NCBI RefSeq assembly: GCF_018350175.1
Contig: NC_058383.1
Span: 2,790,001 to 2,854,000 of the forward strand
DNA length: 64,000 nt
Direction of reading: 5' to 3'
Origin: Felis catus
Taxonomy: Eukaryota
A program made the position numbers and the translations under genes. Below are positions 48,098-60,679 of the stretch, piece after piece. Under the pieces are notes generated by a model. It was not told the DNA's origin. It did no database searches and saw only the letters and a list, made by a program, of their open reading frames with translations. Every line of letters starts with the position of its first letter. Positions within the stretch are counted from its first letter, which is position 1.

Positions 48098-49058
48098 TCA
48101 AACTCCTGTCACTATTGATATTTTGACCTCTTCCTCTGAATCCTGTATGATCTCAATGGCATCTAGAATGATGAATGCTTTCCAGCAGGTTTTCAGTGGA
48201 CTTTTCCCACCAGAGGAATAACCATCTGTGGCAGCTATAGCCTTACAAAATGTACTTGTTAAATAACGCTTGAAAATTGAAATGACTCTTTGATCCCATG
48301 GGCTGTAGAATGGGTGTTGTGTTGAAAACCACATTAATCTCATTCCTCATCTCCATCAGAGCCCTGGGGTGAGCAGGTGCATGGTCAGTGAGCAGTTAGA
48401 TTTTGAAAGGAACCTTTTTTCTGAGCAGTAAGCCTCAACAGTGGGCTTAAAATATTCAGTAAACTGTGTTGTAAACAGATGTGCTGTCATCTAGTCTTTG
48501 TTTTTCGTTTTTAGGGGACAGGCGGAATAGATTTAGCATAATTCCCAAGGGCCCTCAGATTTTCAGAATGGTCAATGTGCATTGGCTTCAACTTACAGTT
48601 ACTAGCTGTAGCAGCCCCTAACAAGAGAGTCAGCCTGTCCTTTGAAACTTAAACCAGGTGTTGGCCTCTCTGTAGCTAGCCTTCTGATAGGCTATTTCAT
48701 CTACACTGAAAATGTGTTGTTTGGTGTCGTCACCTTCCTTAATGATCTTAGCTAGATCTTCCGGATAATTTGCTGCTGCTTCTATATCAGTATTTACTGC
48801 TTCATCTTGTATTTTTATGTTCTGGAGATGGCTTCTTTCCTTAAACCTCATGAACCAGCCTCTTGTAGTTTCAAACTTAGGATCTTCATTTTCCTCACCT
48901 CTCTCAGCCTTCATGGAATTGAGAGTTAGGGTCTTTCTCTGGATTAGGCTTTGACTTAAGGGAACATTATGGCTAGTTTGATTTTCTGTCCTGACCACTA
49001 AAGCTTTCTCCATATCAGCAATAAGGCTGTTTGGCTTTTTTATCATTGATGTATTCAT
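48098..49058 (-). pseudogene. Tigger1 transposase remnant (CENP-B-type HTH / DDE)
   Basis: Peptides [71 protein letters not shown] and LKTCWKAFIILDAI, frameshifted. Confidence 0.88.
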
Positions 49059-49071
49059 TGGAGTAGCATTT

Positions 49072-49267
49072 GTATTTAAAATGTTTATTTACTTATTTTG
49101 AGAGAGAGGAATGGGCAGAGAGAGAGGGAGAGAGAGAATCCTAAGTAGAGGCTCTGCGCTGTCAGCACGGAGCCCAGCGCGGGGCTCCATCTCACAAACC
49201 CTGAGGCCATGACCTGAGCCCAGATCAAGAGTCAGAAGCTTAACCAACTGAGCCACCCAGGTGCCCC
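49072..49267 (-). mobile_element. CAN-SINE nested in Tigger1
   Basis: TSD tggagtagca at 49059-49068 and 49268-49277. Confidence 0.95.
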
Positions 49268-49804
49268 TGGAGTAGCACTTTTAATTTCCTTCGAGAACTT
49301 TTGCATCCACTACTTGGCTGTTTGGTGCCAGAGGCCTAGCTTTTGGCCTATCTCAGCTCTTGACATGCCTTCTCCACTGAGCATAATTATTTGTAACTTT
49401 AGATTTAAAGTGAGAGACGTGATACTCTTACTTTGACACTTAAAGGCTATTATAGAATTATTAGCCTAATTTAAATATTGTTGTGTCTCTGGGAATAGGG
49501 AGGCCCAGAGAGGGGCGGGGGAGATGGGGGAATGGTTGGTCAGTGGGGTAGTCAGAACACAAAACATTTATTAAGTGCACTGTCTTAAATGGAGGTAGTT
49601 TGTGGTGTCCCGCCAAATGACAATATTACTATCAAATATCACTGACCACAGATCACCATAGTAAATATAATAATAGTGAAAAGGTTAGAAATATTGTGGT
49701 AATTACCAAGGTGTGACACAGAGACACAAAGTGAGCAAATGCTATTGGAAAAATGGTGCCAATCGACTTCCTCAGTGTAGGGTTACCACAGACCTTCAGT
49801 TTGT

Positions 49805-49820
49805 AAAAAAAAAAAAAAAA

Positions 49821-49897
<77 letters not shown>
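49805..49897. repeat. Compound microsatellite A(n)-(AT)n-(AC)n-(AT)n
   Basis: Directly visible. Confidence 0.97.
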
Positions 49898-49904
<7 letters not shown>

Positions 49905-50148
49905 CAACACGTAGTCAAGATATGCTTGTATTTGTGACCTGTGAAGAAAATTTTAGAAAGTGAACAGAAATGTAGACTTCCCTTTACACATAATGAACTT
50001 ATGATGAAGTTGTAAATTATTAAATCATTGGAATAGTGGCCCAGAAATAGACAGGGGAATGAAATAAAGTCTGGAAGTAATCCCAAGCATATATGGAGAT
50101 TTAGTATATGTCCAATATTTTTTATTTTAAATTAGTGGAAAAAAGATA

Positions 50149-50679
50149 GGTGGTAACCAGCCTTTAAGATGGCCTCCAATGATCCTGGCCTCCTAGTTCA
50201 CCCTTTTTGGACCTTTCTCACAGTTGTATAGGACTGATTTGTGTAACCTAAAGGATGTGTTGAAAATGTTGGTGTGCATCTAACACAGGTTGTAAAAGAC
50301 ATTGTGACCTCCGTCTTGTGCTCCCTTGGATCATTTGGTCTGGGTGAAGCCAGCTACTATGTCTTGAGGACACTCAAACATCCCTATGGAGTGGTTCATG
50401 TCAGGAGGAATTGAGGCCTTAGTCAACAGCCAAGATCAACTTAGCAGCCATGAGAGTGTGCCCTGTTGGAAGTAGGTCCCTCAGCCCCAGTCAAGCCTTC
50501 AGATGATTGCAGCTGTGGGTGACATCTTGCTTTGAACTTCAAGAGGATCACCAAACCAGAACCATAGAGTTGAGCTGCTTCCAAATTCCTGACCTAGAGA
50601 AACTGTGTGAGATGTTTATTGTTATCTTAAGCCACTACGTTTTGGGGTAATTTGTTATATAGCAGTAGGTAACTGATCA
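50149..50679 (+). mobile_element. MLT1F-like solo LTR (MaLR)
   Basis: cagcctttaagatggcctccaatgatcc...ccagtcaagccttcagatga...ttaagccactacgttttggggtaatttgttatatagcagtaggtaact. Confidence 0.88.
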
Positions 50680-51374
50680 AATGGATTAAGTAAATGGTGT
50701 TGGGATAACTAGCCATTGTTGGGGGGAAAAGTAAGTTGGATTCTTACTATGCCCCTTTTATCAAGGAAATTCCATATGGGTCAAAGATTTGAATACAAAA
50801 TGGAAGCATTAATGTATTTAGGAGAAAGTAAAGCTGAACATTTTCATACTTTTGGGGTAGCAAAGGACTTACTAATTATGAATGTGAAATCTCCATACCA
50901 TAAAGTAAAATTCAGAACTTCTTTATGACCAGGAAATGGTATGAGCAAGGATGAAAGAAAAGACACCAATGGGGAAAACATGTTAGCAGCCTGTATTGTA
51001 AAAGGCAGTATGTCTTCAAGAACTCTTTATAAATGGAATGGCCAAGGACATGAGGAGGCAATTCATAACAGAAATGCTGATAAAAGAATGAACAGTAGTT
51101 ATCCAACAAATATGATTAAGAACAATCAAAGATCAGATTGTACCTGTCAGATTGGCAAAGGTGAAATGGCTGATGAGGTAAAAAAGATGGCTTGATCTGG
51201 AGGAAGGTTAGAAAATGTGGGTGGGGATGTAGATGGGTCTCCCTTTTCTGGAAGGCCATCTGACAACATTTGCAGGTACAAAGTGAGTGCTCACTGTGAT
51301 TTAGCTGTTCTACTTGTATAAATTTATTCTGGTAGATGTATATATTATTATGAACCCCCCCAAAATGTGATTCT

Positions 51375-53070
51375 TTGGGCTAGTCAGATTTCCTCTGCTT
51401 CCCCTCCCCCTCCCCCCCATTTTCCGCTTCTGTTATTTCTTTTTTTCCCTTCAGAAATTCCTGTTGGATCCTCCTGGATCTCTTCTTTACTTACCAACAT
51501 TTTGATCTTACTATTTAATCTTTGTTTCTTCTGTTTATTAGTAATTTCCTTAACTTCCATTTCCGTGTTGCCTACTGTCCCTTGTTTTGTGTCTAGTCTA
51601 ACATTTAACTCCACTTCAAAAAGTTTGTTTTGCCAGTTAATCGCAGCTTCTAAAAATACCTTATTGTTTCTGATAAATTCTTTTCCAGCAATCTGTTGCG
51701 TAATGTGCATAATAGCTCTTGAATCTTTCTGATTAGAATTTTTTTTTTTTAACTTCACATTCCTTGATTGTGACTTTCTTCCAGGGTTAACTGTTAGTGT
51801 CATTTTATCTTCTTCCCTCTCATTCTGTTAGATTGTCTCCAAGGCCTGATAATCCTTGGCTAACTGTTGATAGTTTTGAATGAGGGCCTGGGTTAATGAG
51901 TGGTGGTAGCTGTCACGGGTTTGGTCTCCAGGCGTACAGGTCCATTTCTGCATCCTGGAGTTGGGAGGGTTGACCACAGGCTCCAGGTAGTGTGTGGAGC
52001 GGGTTGCTTGGCAGGCTTCCCTGTTGGGTGCTGCCGGGATGGGAAATGGGCCAGCAAGTTGGGTTGAGAAGGAGATTTTGTCCTGGAGTGCTTCAGTGTC
52101 TAGTGTTCCCAGGCAGAGTTGCTGCTTCCTCTTGCTCCCTTCACTCCTACGATTTTTTTGTGTCCCAGTGTTCTTCAGCTTTACTTAAATACAGTTCACA
52201 AGGTCTTCGGTGGGAGGGGAGGTCTATAGATACTTGTGTTCAGATGACCTGTTCTTATTTTGTGCGGGTGTTATCTCTATGAATTTTCGAGTGTATTCAT
52301 TTCAGAGTTTTCCTCTGCTTACTGTATTACCTGTTTCCTCAGGGGTTAGGAGTGTGCACATTACCCTGTTTTATACCTGAGGAAATGCTGAAATCATGGT
52401 CACGATTCAGACTCTAAAAGCCCATCCTTGTATCCCCTAACTCCGTTGCCGTCTTTTCTGGGTGGATGGTGCCTCTCTTTCATGATATTTTCTTTACCTC
52501 AAAGTTTGGTGTTTCTTGTATTTCGGTTCACATCTGTACATAAGGATCTATGATTAGATTTTCTTAGCTCAGTGGGGAGTTTCTCCTCACCTGTTGGCAA
52601 ATGCAAGTTCAAATACAGGAGCTTGACCTCATGGAACTTTTTGGGGGAAGGCAGGGGGCAGATTGTAGGACAGGGTGTTCGCTTAGCTGGCCTGATGGGT
52701 GAGGCAGCTCTGCTCCACTTACTTTGTCCCTTTGTGGGCTCACCTGTCCTCTCTTCTAGGACTCTTCTATCAGACATCTGTGCTCATGGCCACCCACCCC
52801 TTTTCTGGAGCAAATTTCCAAGTCAGGCATTTGAAGTAGGGGGACTAACTCAGCTCTGTACCCTTTAGTTAATTACTTGGCCAGTTATCTGTGGTCAGCT
52901 CCCTTTTCTAGCCGGCACTGCACCGATAATGGGATTATTTGGAGGTTCTGTCAGGGAAACTTTTCATCTGTCACAGGTTCTTTGTATTTAGATTTGCCAT
53001 CATTGTGTCTTGTCCATTTTAGATTTTTTCCCCCAGAAATTCACTCACCTGTGTCACAAATGTTAGCGTG
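51375..53070 (-). mobile_element. Ancient L1M/HAL1 ORF1 + 5' region, degenerate; MIR piece at about 52340-52440
   Basis: T-rich on the + strand. The minus-strand peptide is K/E-rich and coiled-coil-like, ending IQEDPTGISEGKKRNNR. Confidence 0.5.
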
Positions 53071-53074
53071 ATGG

Positions 53075-53380
53075 GTGTTAGGAAATAAGGGTAAACAAGA
53101 GGAGAAACAGCCTGTTGTGCTGGACTTGTATAGTCTCATGGGGAAGAGGCGTTAAATGACTGACTCACGAGTGCACATTCTTGGAGGAGAAGCTGCGGAG
53201 GCCTATGTAAGGGCTGACGTCCTGGGAGAGGGATTGCCCTGGAGTTCTGCCTGGAGTAAGTGACAGTTGACCTTCGATAAGAAGGAAGAGAAGAACGTAG
53301 ATGATGAAGAATGAGGACAGGAGTGTTCCCGGCAGTGGGCACAGGGTGTGAAAAGACGTGGTAGATGAAGGGGAACGTGG
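53075..53380 (-). mobile_element. L2 fragment
   Basis: Purine-rich: tagtctcatggggaagag...gtaagtgacagttgacc...gagtgttcccggcagtgggcacag. Confidence 0.7.
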
Positions 53381-54112
53381 TCCAGTGCTGTCAGTCCTGA
53401 ATATTTACTATTGCTATGGATTTATTTTCATTGTATATTTCCTTTCTCATTCTTGCCATTGGGAAAGGAGAAAAAGTTACGTAAATTGTCTTAAACTAGG
53501 AAGCCTCAAAGAATAATGTGGGAAAATTATATTAGCAAAAACCAAAAAAGCATAAACTTAAGTATCATGAATCAGAAAGCAATAAATACGCTAGTATCAA
53601 AAATGTTATCCTTGGGAGATGGATAGGACCTTTTTTATGCTTGTATATTTGATTTTCAAGTTTTCTATGAATGTGGATTGCTTTTATAATAAAAAAAGGT
53701 TCTGAAAAGAAACTGACATTTATTTTATGGTTTGGCTTATAATGGTACAGAAAAAATGCAGTGTGTTAATAGGTGAAGGGAGTATTCATTACAGTTTTAT
53801 GAAGATGTTAATATGTACTTGATGGAAATGGCATACCATTGTAGCTAAACCAACCCATGCACTAGAAGAAAATTACTTTATACTTAAGAATTCTCACTAG
53901 CATCTCATGATATAATTGTTTTAAAGCTGTTAAGTGGTTCATAATCTTGAAAGACTTCAAATCTTTGTATCTTGCAAATAGTATTTTAAGAGTTACAGGA
54001 AAATGGGAGTTTTGGATTCTTTGACACTGAAGTGTCTGCAGAATAGCTTGTAGCTTCAGGCCTAGCCTGTGTGTTTGAGGAGTTGGGGATTTAATTTAGC
54101 CAACTTTGGTGT

Positions 54113-54638
54113 TGTATCATTTAGGCTTGTATCAGATAGGCTGCAAGTAACTAAAACCCAGAGAAACAATTGTGTAAATAATTTAAAGAGAGCAATCTTT
54201 AAATTTAATTGTAACTTTTTAAAGTTAGGACATGCATGGTAGTTGAATGTGCCGTGCCGTAAGGGATCCATTTTCTGTCTTGCTGATTGATCATCCTTCT
54301 ATGGCTTTTGACTTCATGATAACAAGGTGGCTGCTGCATCTCTAGAAATTACAATTGTGATCCAGGCGGGCAAAAGGAGGAAGGATGTTCCAGTTAGGTT
54401 TGTCCCCTTTTATCCAAAATAATAGCATTCATAGAAACCTCACCCGTTCGTTTTCTGTTTACGTGTCTGTGGCCAGAATTGTATCCCAGAACCATCTTTA
54501 ATGATAAGGAAACCTGAGAAATCCAGCTTCTGCTTTTTGTTTTCAAAAGGAAGCACATTGCTCTTTAAAGCAAAAGCAGACTTCTATTAATAAAGGAGAG
54601 AGTGGACATTGGTTAGGCAACTTGCTGTGTCAGCCACA
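54113..54638 (-). mobile_element. Old MaLR LTR (MLT1J/K-like)
   Basis: tgtatc...ggctgcaagtaactaaaaccc...acaaggtggctgctgca...ggacattggttaggcaac..gtgtcagccaca. Confidence 0.75.
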
Positions 54639-54644
54639 GGACTT

Positions 54645-55180
54645 ATTTGCTAATGGGGTAATTGAAGTCAGGAGTGATTAAAATTATTCAGAGGAGTATG
54701 CAGAATAAGGAGAGAATCAGTAAAAGAACTTCACTGAGGAACGTTGTGTTGAAGGAACCGAGGAATATATATTCTCAAAGGGCACTAAGGAGTAGCCATG
54801 AGCGAATGGTGGGAGGGCGAGTCCCTGAATGGTGTGGTGTGTCACAAGCCCACGGAGAGGCAGAGTTTACATTGCCCTATGTGCTGGTTGGGCACTGAGG
54901 TATGAACTTGAGGTTTAGCAAAGGAAAGTCATTGGTGACCCTAGAGAAAGGTTATTTTCCAGAGCCCAGGGGGAAGGATAAGGTGGGAGAAAGGAAGGAC
55001 ATATGGATACAGAGGGACTTTTGTAGCTTGGCGACAGGCAGGGAATATGAGAGGTGACCTTTGTCTTCCCTAGGAAATGAGAAGAGGCATCATCCTCTGT
55101 GTTACGACAGAGATGGGAGACCTGGAGTCTGGAGAGGATGGACAAGATCAGTGGTAACATTGTAAAGAATTTGGGAGGTT
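54645..55180 (-). mobile_element. L2 fragment
   Basis: tttagcaaaggaaagtcattggtgaccctagagaaag. Confidence 0.65.
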
Positions 55181-55424
55181 GAAACGTGGGTCCTGGCTCT
55201 GTGTTAAGAGCCCAGTCCATCGTTCAAGAAACTGCATTGTATAAAGTGCCATCCTGACAGTCTGCTCATGCCATTATCTTACATGGAAAGGATTTAAAAA
55301 ATTATAGTTGACATTTTTGAATGATACTTAGGAGAGCTTTAGAAATACTGAACAATAAATTTGTACAAAAAGCAGTTAAAACATGTTTTATAGTTTTCTT
55401 TGTCTCTAAAAGAATTTATATCAA

Positions 55425-55900
55425 TGACTAACATTTGCTGAGGACCTGCCCTGACCCAGACAAAAAGCTAAACACCTTCTCTGCGTCATCTTTGCTGTCT
55501 TTATGAGAAAGACCTGTGAAGCGGGTGTTACTATTGTCTCCACTTTATTTTTTTTTTATTATTTTTTTTAACGTTTATTTTTGAGACCGAGGGACAGAGC
55601 ATGAACAGGGGAGGGTCAGAGAGAGGGAGACACAGAATCTGAAACAGGCTCCAGGCTCTGAGCTGTCAGCACAGCGCCCGACGCGGGGCTCGAACTCACA
55701 GACTGCGAAATCATGACCTGAGCCAAAGTCGGCCGCTTAACCGACTGAGCCACCCAGGCGTCCCTATTGTCTCCACTTTAAAGATGACAGATACTAGGCT
55801 CAGAAAATTGAAATAGCATGTTCTAGATCACAGGGCTGCTAGGTGGTAACACCAGGATTTGAACTGCATCTTTGGACTCCGGAGTGGTTGTTAACTACTC
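55425..55900 (-). mobile_element. MIR interrupted by a SINE
   Basis: ctaacatttgctgaggacctgc...tattgtctccacttta[SINE]aagatgacagatactaggctcaga...ccaggatttgaac. Confidence 0.8.
55548..55764 (-). mobile_element. Young SINEC_Fc
   Basis: Perfect TSD tattgtctccacttta at 55532-55547 and 55765-55780. Confidence 0.98.
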
Positions 55901-56560
55901 TTGTGTGTATTTTGAGTCATACAAAATCGCCTGTGAGAAGAGATTGGCAATGTGGTAGTTCATCCTAACATACTTCCCGAAATATTTGCTAAGGTCAGTG
56001 GACTCTTTCGTGCCAGGCATTGCCCTAGGTACTTTAATTGCCATAATCTGTTGTAACAGTTTAAAATATTTATAGTCACAATTATTCTGATTTTTAAAAT
56101 CATCACATTAATGCTAGTTTTTGAATCACATACTTAGTTTACCTTAAATTTGAGTATATTTTTATAGTGATGTTACGTTTTCCTGCCTATACTGACAAAT
56201 CAGAACGGGCATGGGTTGCTGCTGGGAATATTGGCAAAAATATAGAAGAAAGCAAACATAACAAATCTACTTTCTCATAACATGAATAAAACATAAAAAC
56301 AAACTAAACTGTGGTAGTTGTAAGCCTGCTTATTTAATATTCATTTTCTTACCTATGTCTGTGTAATCATTATAAGCCAAAGTATAAGATAAACATGAGT
56401 TTCTTCAGGAACATTTGTTTCTGATTATAAAAGCAATCTATTATCATAGAAAAGTTGAAAATCAAGTGTGTGTATATATATGTATATATACTTGAATTAT
56501 TTGGATTCTTCACAACATCTGATTCAGTGAATGGTAACCACTTAAGAAAAGTAGACTTAT

Positions 56561-56750
56561 GGGTTCCTGGGTGGTTGAGTTGGTTAAGCGTCTGACTTTA
56601 ACTCAGGGTGTGATCTCGTGGTTGATGTGTTCGAGGCCCATGTTGGGCTCTGTGTGGACAGCTCAGAGCCTGCAGCCTGCTTCAGGTTCTGTGTCTCCTG
56701 CTTTCTCTGACTCTCCCCACCCACGAACATAAAAATAAACATTAAAAAAA
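56561..56750 (+). mobile_element. CAN-SINE
   Basis: gggttcctgggtggttgagttggttaagcgtctgac...gacagctcagagcctgcagcc. Confidence 0.93.
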
Positions 56751-57519
56751 CATAGATTCATTTTTAATGCAGTAGGTTTTTGGCTTATTATGCATTTGTT
56801 GACTCATAATCAACCTGATGCTCTGTCATTTCTGAAGCTTGTTTTGGTGGAAGGAAGGGATTTCTTCTCACTTTATCTCCAGGTTGCGAACACCCACAGG
56901 TATCAGTCAACGATAATTAATTAAAAGTAAGTCACTCACTCTTTCACTTATAAAATAGTAGTTCTTAAATTACATTCTCATACTTCAGTTAAAAACTCCC
57001 TTCTAAAATCTGAAGTAAGAAATCAGAATTCCTTTTCTAATTAAAAAGTCTTAAAAGGATAAAAAGCTATGCCTTCAGTAGTGTTAGGTTATTCAAAAAC
57101 CTTGTGGAGGGTACTTGGCCATTTTTTGTTTTTGCCCCCCCCCCCCCATAGTCATATGGCGTGTGTATGTGAAATACTTGAAAAGTGTCCAGCTAATAGT
57201 ACAGTCTATTGAAGACCTGATCTTAAACTGTACAATTACGGTATTTTCATGTAACTTTTAGTTCAGGTACAAGAATTCTTTTCTAAAAAGCACAGACAAT
57301 TAATTATGTGACTGAGAAAAATAATTTCCCCCAAGTTAATTGCACAAATTACCGTAGCCCTAAAAGGTTAATGACTGTCAAACTTCTTTGATGCATAGAG
57401 CCCATTATGCCAGTATCATGTGAATAAATAACTACGACAGTCCTTCTGGGACAAATGGTCTTATCCAGAGGACAACAGTACACAGTGCCCTTTTTTATGT
57501 TTGAGAGGGAGGAACATTT

Positions 57520-57728
57520 TTAAAACATTTTTTTACATTTATTCATTTATTTGAGACAGAGCACAAGTGGGGCAGGGGCAGAGAGAGAGGGAGACACAGA
57601 ATCCGAAGCAGGCTCCAGGCTCTGAGCTGTCAGCACAGAGCCCGACGTGGAGCTCGAACTCATAGACCATGAGATCATGACCTGAGCCGAAGTCGGACAC
57701 TTAACCGACTGAGCCATCCAGGTGCTCT
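57520..57728 (-). mobile_element. SINEC_Fc
   Basis: gaatccgaagcaggctccaggctctgagctgtcagc...gagccatccaggtgctc. Confidence 0.95.
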
Positions 57729-57759
57729 TTACCATCCTTGTTTAAAAACTTCCAGCCTT

Positions 57760-57983
57760 GGGGCGCCTGGGGGGCTCAGTCGGTTAAACATCTGACTTCG
57801 GCTCAGGTCATGATCTCGCAGTCTGTGAGTTCGAGCCCCGTGTCGGGCTCTGTGCTGACAGCTCAGAGCCTGGAGCCTGTTTCAGATTCTGTATCTCCCT
57901 TTCTCTCTGACCCTCCCCTGTTCATGCTCTCTGTCTCAAAAATAAATAAATGTTAACAACAACAACAACAACAAAAACCCCAC
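57760..57983 (+). mobile_element. SINEC_Fc with (AAC)n tail
   Basis: Perfect TSD aaacttccagcctt at 57746-57759 and 57984-57997. Confidence 0.97.
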
Positions 57984-58049
57984 AAACTTCCAGCCTTTCT
58001 CAAAAGCATCTGAAAACTAAAAATGCCTGAAGAGTAGATTTTTCTTGCT

Positions 58050-58245
58050 TTTATCCTCAGAGCCTTTGCACTTGGTCTGTCTGCCTGGAATGTTCTTCCA
58101 CACATGGTGATTTGCCGCTTCTCCTCACTTCCTGATCTCGTAAAAACTGTCCCTGTATGTATGTCTCTATATTCCTTGACACTGTTTTACTTTTTATTTA
58201 TAGTTCTTATCACTATCCGACATTTTATTACATATATTGTTTACA
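58050..58245 (+). mobile_element. L2 fragment
   Basis: cctcagagcctttgcacttgg..ctgcctggaatgttcttcc. Confidence 0.7.
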
Positions 58246-58630
58246 AGGTGAAATGAAGGTCATACTCTATGGATCTATTAGTAAAGTATTATAATATTTT
58301 GTGATTTTGAATCTCAACAAAATTTCTGGGGAGCAGATTTGTATTTGCTTGCGTATAGTTTTTCATACGCTTATTTTAGCCCCTTAGAATGATCAAGCTG
58401 TTATTTAGTAATGATTCTTCTGTAAAATTCTCTAACAGAATTTGTATCAAAATTCATGTGCTCTCTCTTCCCTTTCTGCATGGATATCTCTTTCCCCACA
58501 TGAAGGAAGCTGGGATAAAAATATTACATAATTTCACTAACCATTAATATTAAACAGTGGGAAAATATTTCTCTTATTGAGTAGCTAACAGTAGGAAACA
58601 CTGGAGCTACTTTAAAACTGATAACTTTCA

Positions 58631-58849
58631 GGGCACCTGGGTGGCTCCGTGGCTTAAGCATCTGACTTTGTCTCAGGTCATGATATCACGGTTTGTGGGT
58701 TCGAGCCCAGTGTTGGGCTCTGTACTGATAGCTTGGAGCCTGGAGCCTGCTTTGGATTGTGTATCTCCCTCTCTGCCCCTCCCCGACTCACGGTCGCTCG
58801 TGCTCTCTCTCTCTGTCAAAAATAAATCAACATTAAAAACTAAAAAAAA
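58631..58849 (+). mobile_element. CAN-SINE
   Basis: TSD tgataactttca at 58619-58630 and 58850-58861. Confidence 0.96.
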
Positions 58850-60339
58850 TGATAACTTTCAAAGAATACTCTGCGGTAGAAATAAGACTCCTTTATGCAT
58901 TAGCAGCCGGCCAAATTTTAATAATAACATTGTATAATGTAAAGTTAATGATATTTGAAAGTGTGGAACATTGAATTTTCATTTGGACCTGTGAGAAGTG
59001 TGTTTTTTGTGGTGATACTTTTGTACGATGCAGATTATAATTTTGACTATCAGGAATTTAATACTTTAGGTAAAAAGAATTCTCCATTTTAAAGGGTTAG
59101 GGTTAAGGTTTTGTAAGAACATGATTTAGCTTGATGACATAGGCTTTGCAATAATTTTAAGACAAATGCATTTTTTGAATTCATACTTTCAGCGTTAAAA
59201 GCCATCTGGAAGGAGTGTCTGGTTTTTCTTAGGTCCTTCATGATTCTGTTGAGATCTCTGTCTCTTCCTCCAAAGTGAACTCTCTTGAATGTCTGTCAGT
59301 ATGTTCCTTCAGGAACTATGCCCAGTCCACCGATTCACCATCTGCAGGGAAACACTGCTTTCCTAATGAAAATCAAGCTCAGACCTTCCAGTTGGGTTTC
59401 TGTATATAACTGGAGTGGGTGGCTTAGAGTTAATCCCAGGGACTCCATTTTTTTCTGGGCTTTCTGCTAATTACAGCTGCTTACCGCCATGTTTAGCTTT
59501 TGGGAGAATGGGTGTTGGTCCCTTTTAACGCTTGGTCCCCAAAGTAGACACCATATGTCATAATGAGACAAGGCTGTGTTTTAAAGACTTTTAAAGACGT
59601 GTTTAGTGAAAACTAATGAGTAATGCAGGGATGAGTACCCATAGAGAAGTATGAATCTTGAATTCAAGCATTCCAACACGAGGGCTGTGGCATATTCTTC
59701 AGGTGGGTCACACTGCTGATTGGACATACGTGCTTTCTTGCATTTAAAACAGTTCCCCAGTTGAGCATGTGTTTTCTCTGGGCTGACCAATAACAAAGTG
59801 TTGTCCCTCTTAGGCATGTGCAGCCTTCTCCAGGCTGAACCGGCTACAGCTAGTGTGCATGGCACTAGGGCATGATTTCAGCTGCCACTCATCCTCCCAA
59901 CCTGGGCACCTTTGTGCAGGACACATGCATATGTTGTGGCTCTGCACTGAGGTCACTTAGCTTTTTCCATCTGTCCTTTTGCCTTCACAAAGCACAGATC
60001 ACCTTTAACAGCTCCCCCTCCACCAACCAAGGTGGCCTTTAGAGGGCCTTAATCTCCTTATAGCAGGTGTGGGCTGATGGTCTCCTTCCATCTCGGCTCA
60101 GGGGTTCACCCCAGTGGTGCTGGTTTCTCCTCTGAAGCCCTGTTTTCCTTGTTGGCAGTTTGCACTAGGAATGAGCTTATCTTTCTGCCAGCACCGTTTC
60201 CTAACCAAATTAGAATAGAATCCAGCAAACTACATCATCATGTAAGAGATACTGATGCCAGTCACAGTGCAGATTTGATCTTTTACCAGGTCTCCATATT
60301 TTGAAGGTAAATGTTGGTTTCCATTTTTGTTTGCAAAAG

Positions 60340-60654
60340 TATGTGAGTTTGGGCAGCCATGACAAAATACCATTGCCTGGGTGTCTTAAGCAACAACATT
60401 TATTTCTCATATTTCTGGAGCCTGGAAAGTCCAGGATCAAGTAGCTGGAGGATGAGTGTCTGATTAAGGCCCTCTCCTTGGTTTGCAGACTGCATTCCCG
60501 TATGGTAGAGAGATAATCTCTTTTGTGTCTCTTCTTATAAGGGCACTAATCACATTCACTAGTGGTTCACCCTCATGAGCTAATTACCTCCCAAAGGTCT
60601 CACCTCCAAATACCATCACAGTGGGAATTAGAGATTTACCTGTAGTCCATAGCA
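60340..60654 (-). mobile_element. MLT1A-type solo LTR
   Basis: gccatgacaaaatacca...atttatttctca...tcttataagggcactaatc...taattacctcccaaagg...gtccatagca. 5-bp TSD aaaag / aaaac. Confidence 0.9.
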
Positions 60655-60679
60655 AAAACTAGATTGCTTAATAAAATAA

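Larger units (their letters stand above)
47403..49928 (-). mobile_element. Near full-length Tigger1 DNA transposon
   Basis: Both TIRs are recognisable (TA-tgggcataccttg ... caagatatgcttg-TA), with a pogo-type transposase remnant. A SINE and a microsatellite are inserted. Confidence 0.95.
42750..51345 (+). mobile_element. Ancient, heavily fragmented L1M (ORF1 to 3' end, collinear pieces)
   Basis: ORF1-like gttacttacaaaggaacacaaattagg (43410), EN/Z-region pieces 44130-45220, RT-region pieces 45890-46800, and 3' pieces 49930-50148 and 50680-51345. Confidence 0.6.

Noticed and set aside
48630..49058. Domesticated TIGD1-like gene
   Set aside because: It lies between Tigger1 TIRs, is frameshifted, and is interrupted by a SINE, so it is a dead transposon copy.
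51384..51803. 139-aa ORF as a cellular coiled-coil gene
   Set aside because: The A-rich, K/E/N-biased composition and context fit a decayed L1M/HAL1 ORF1.
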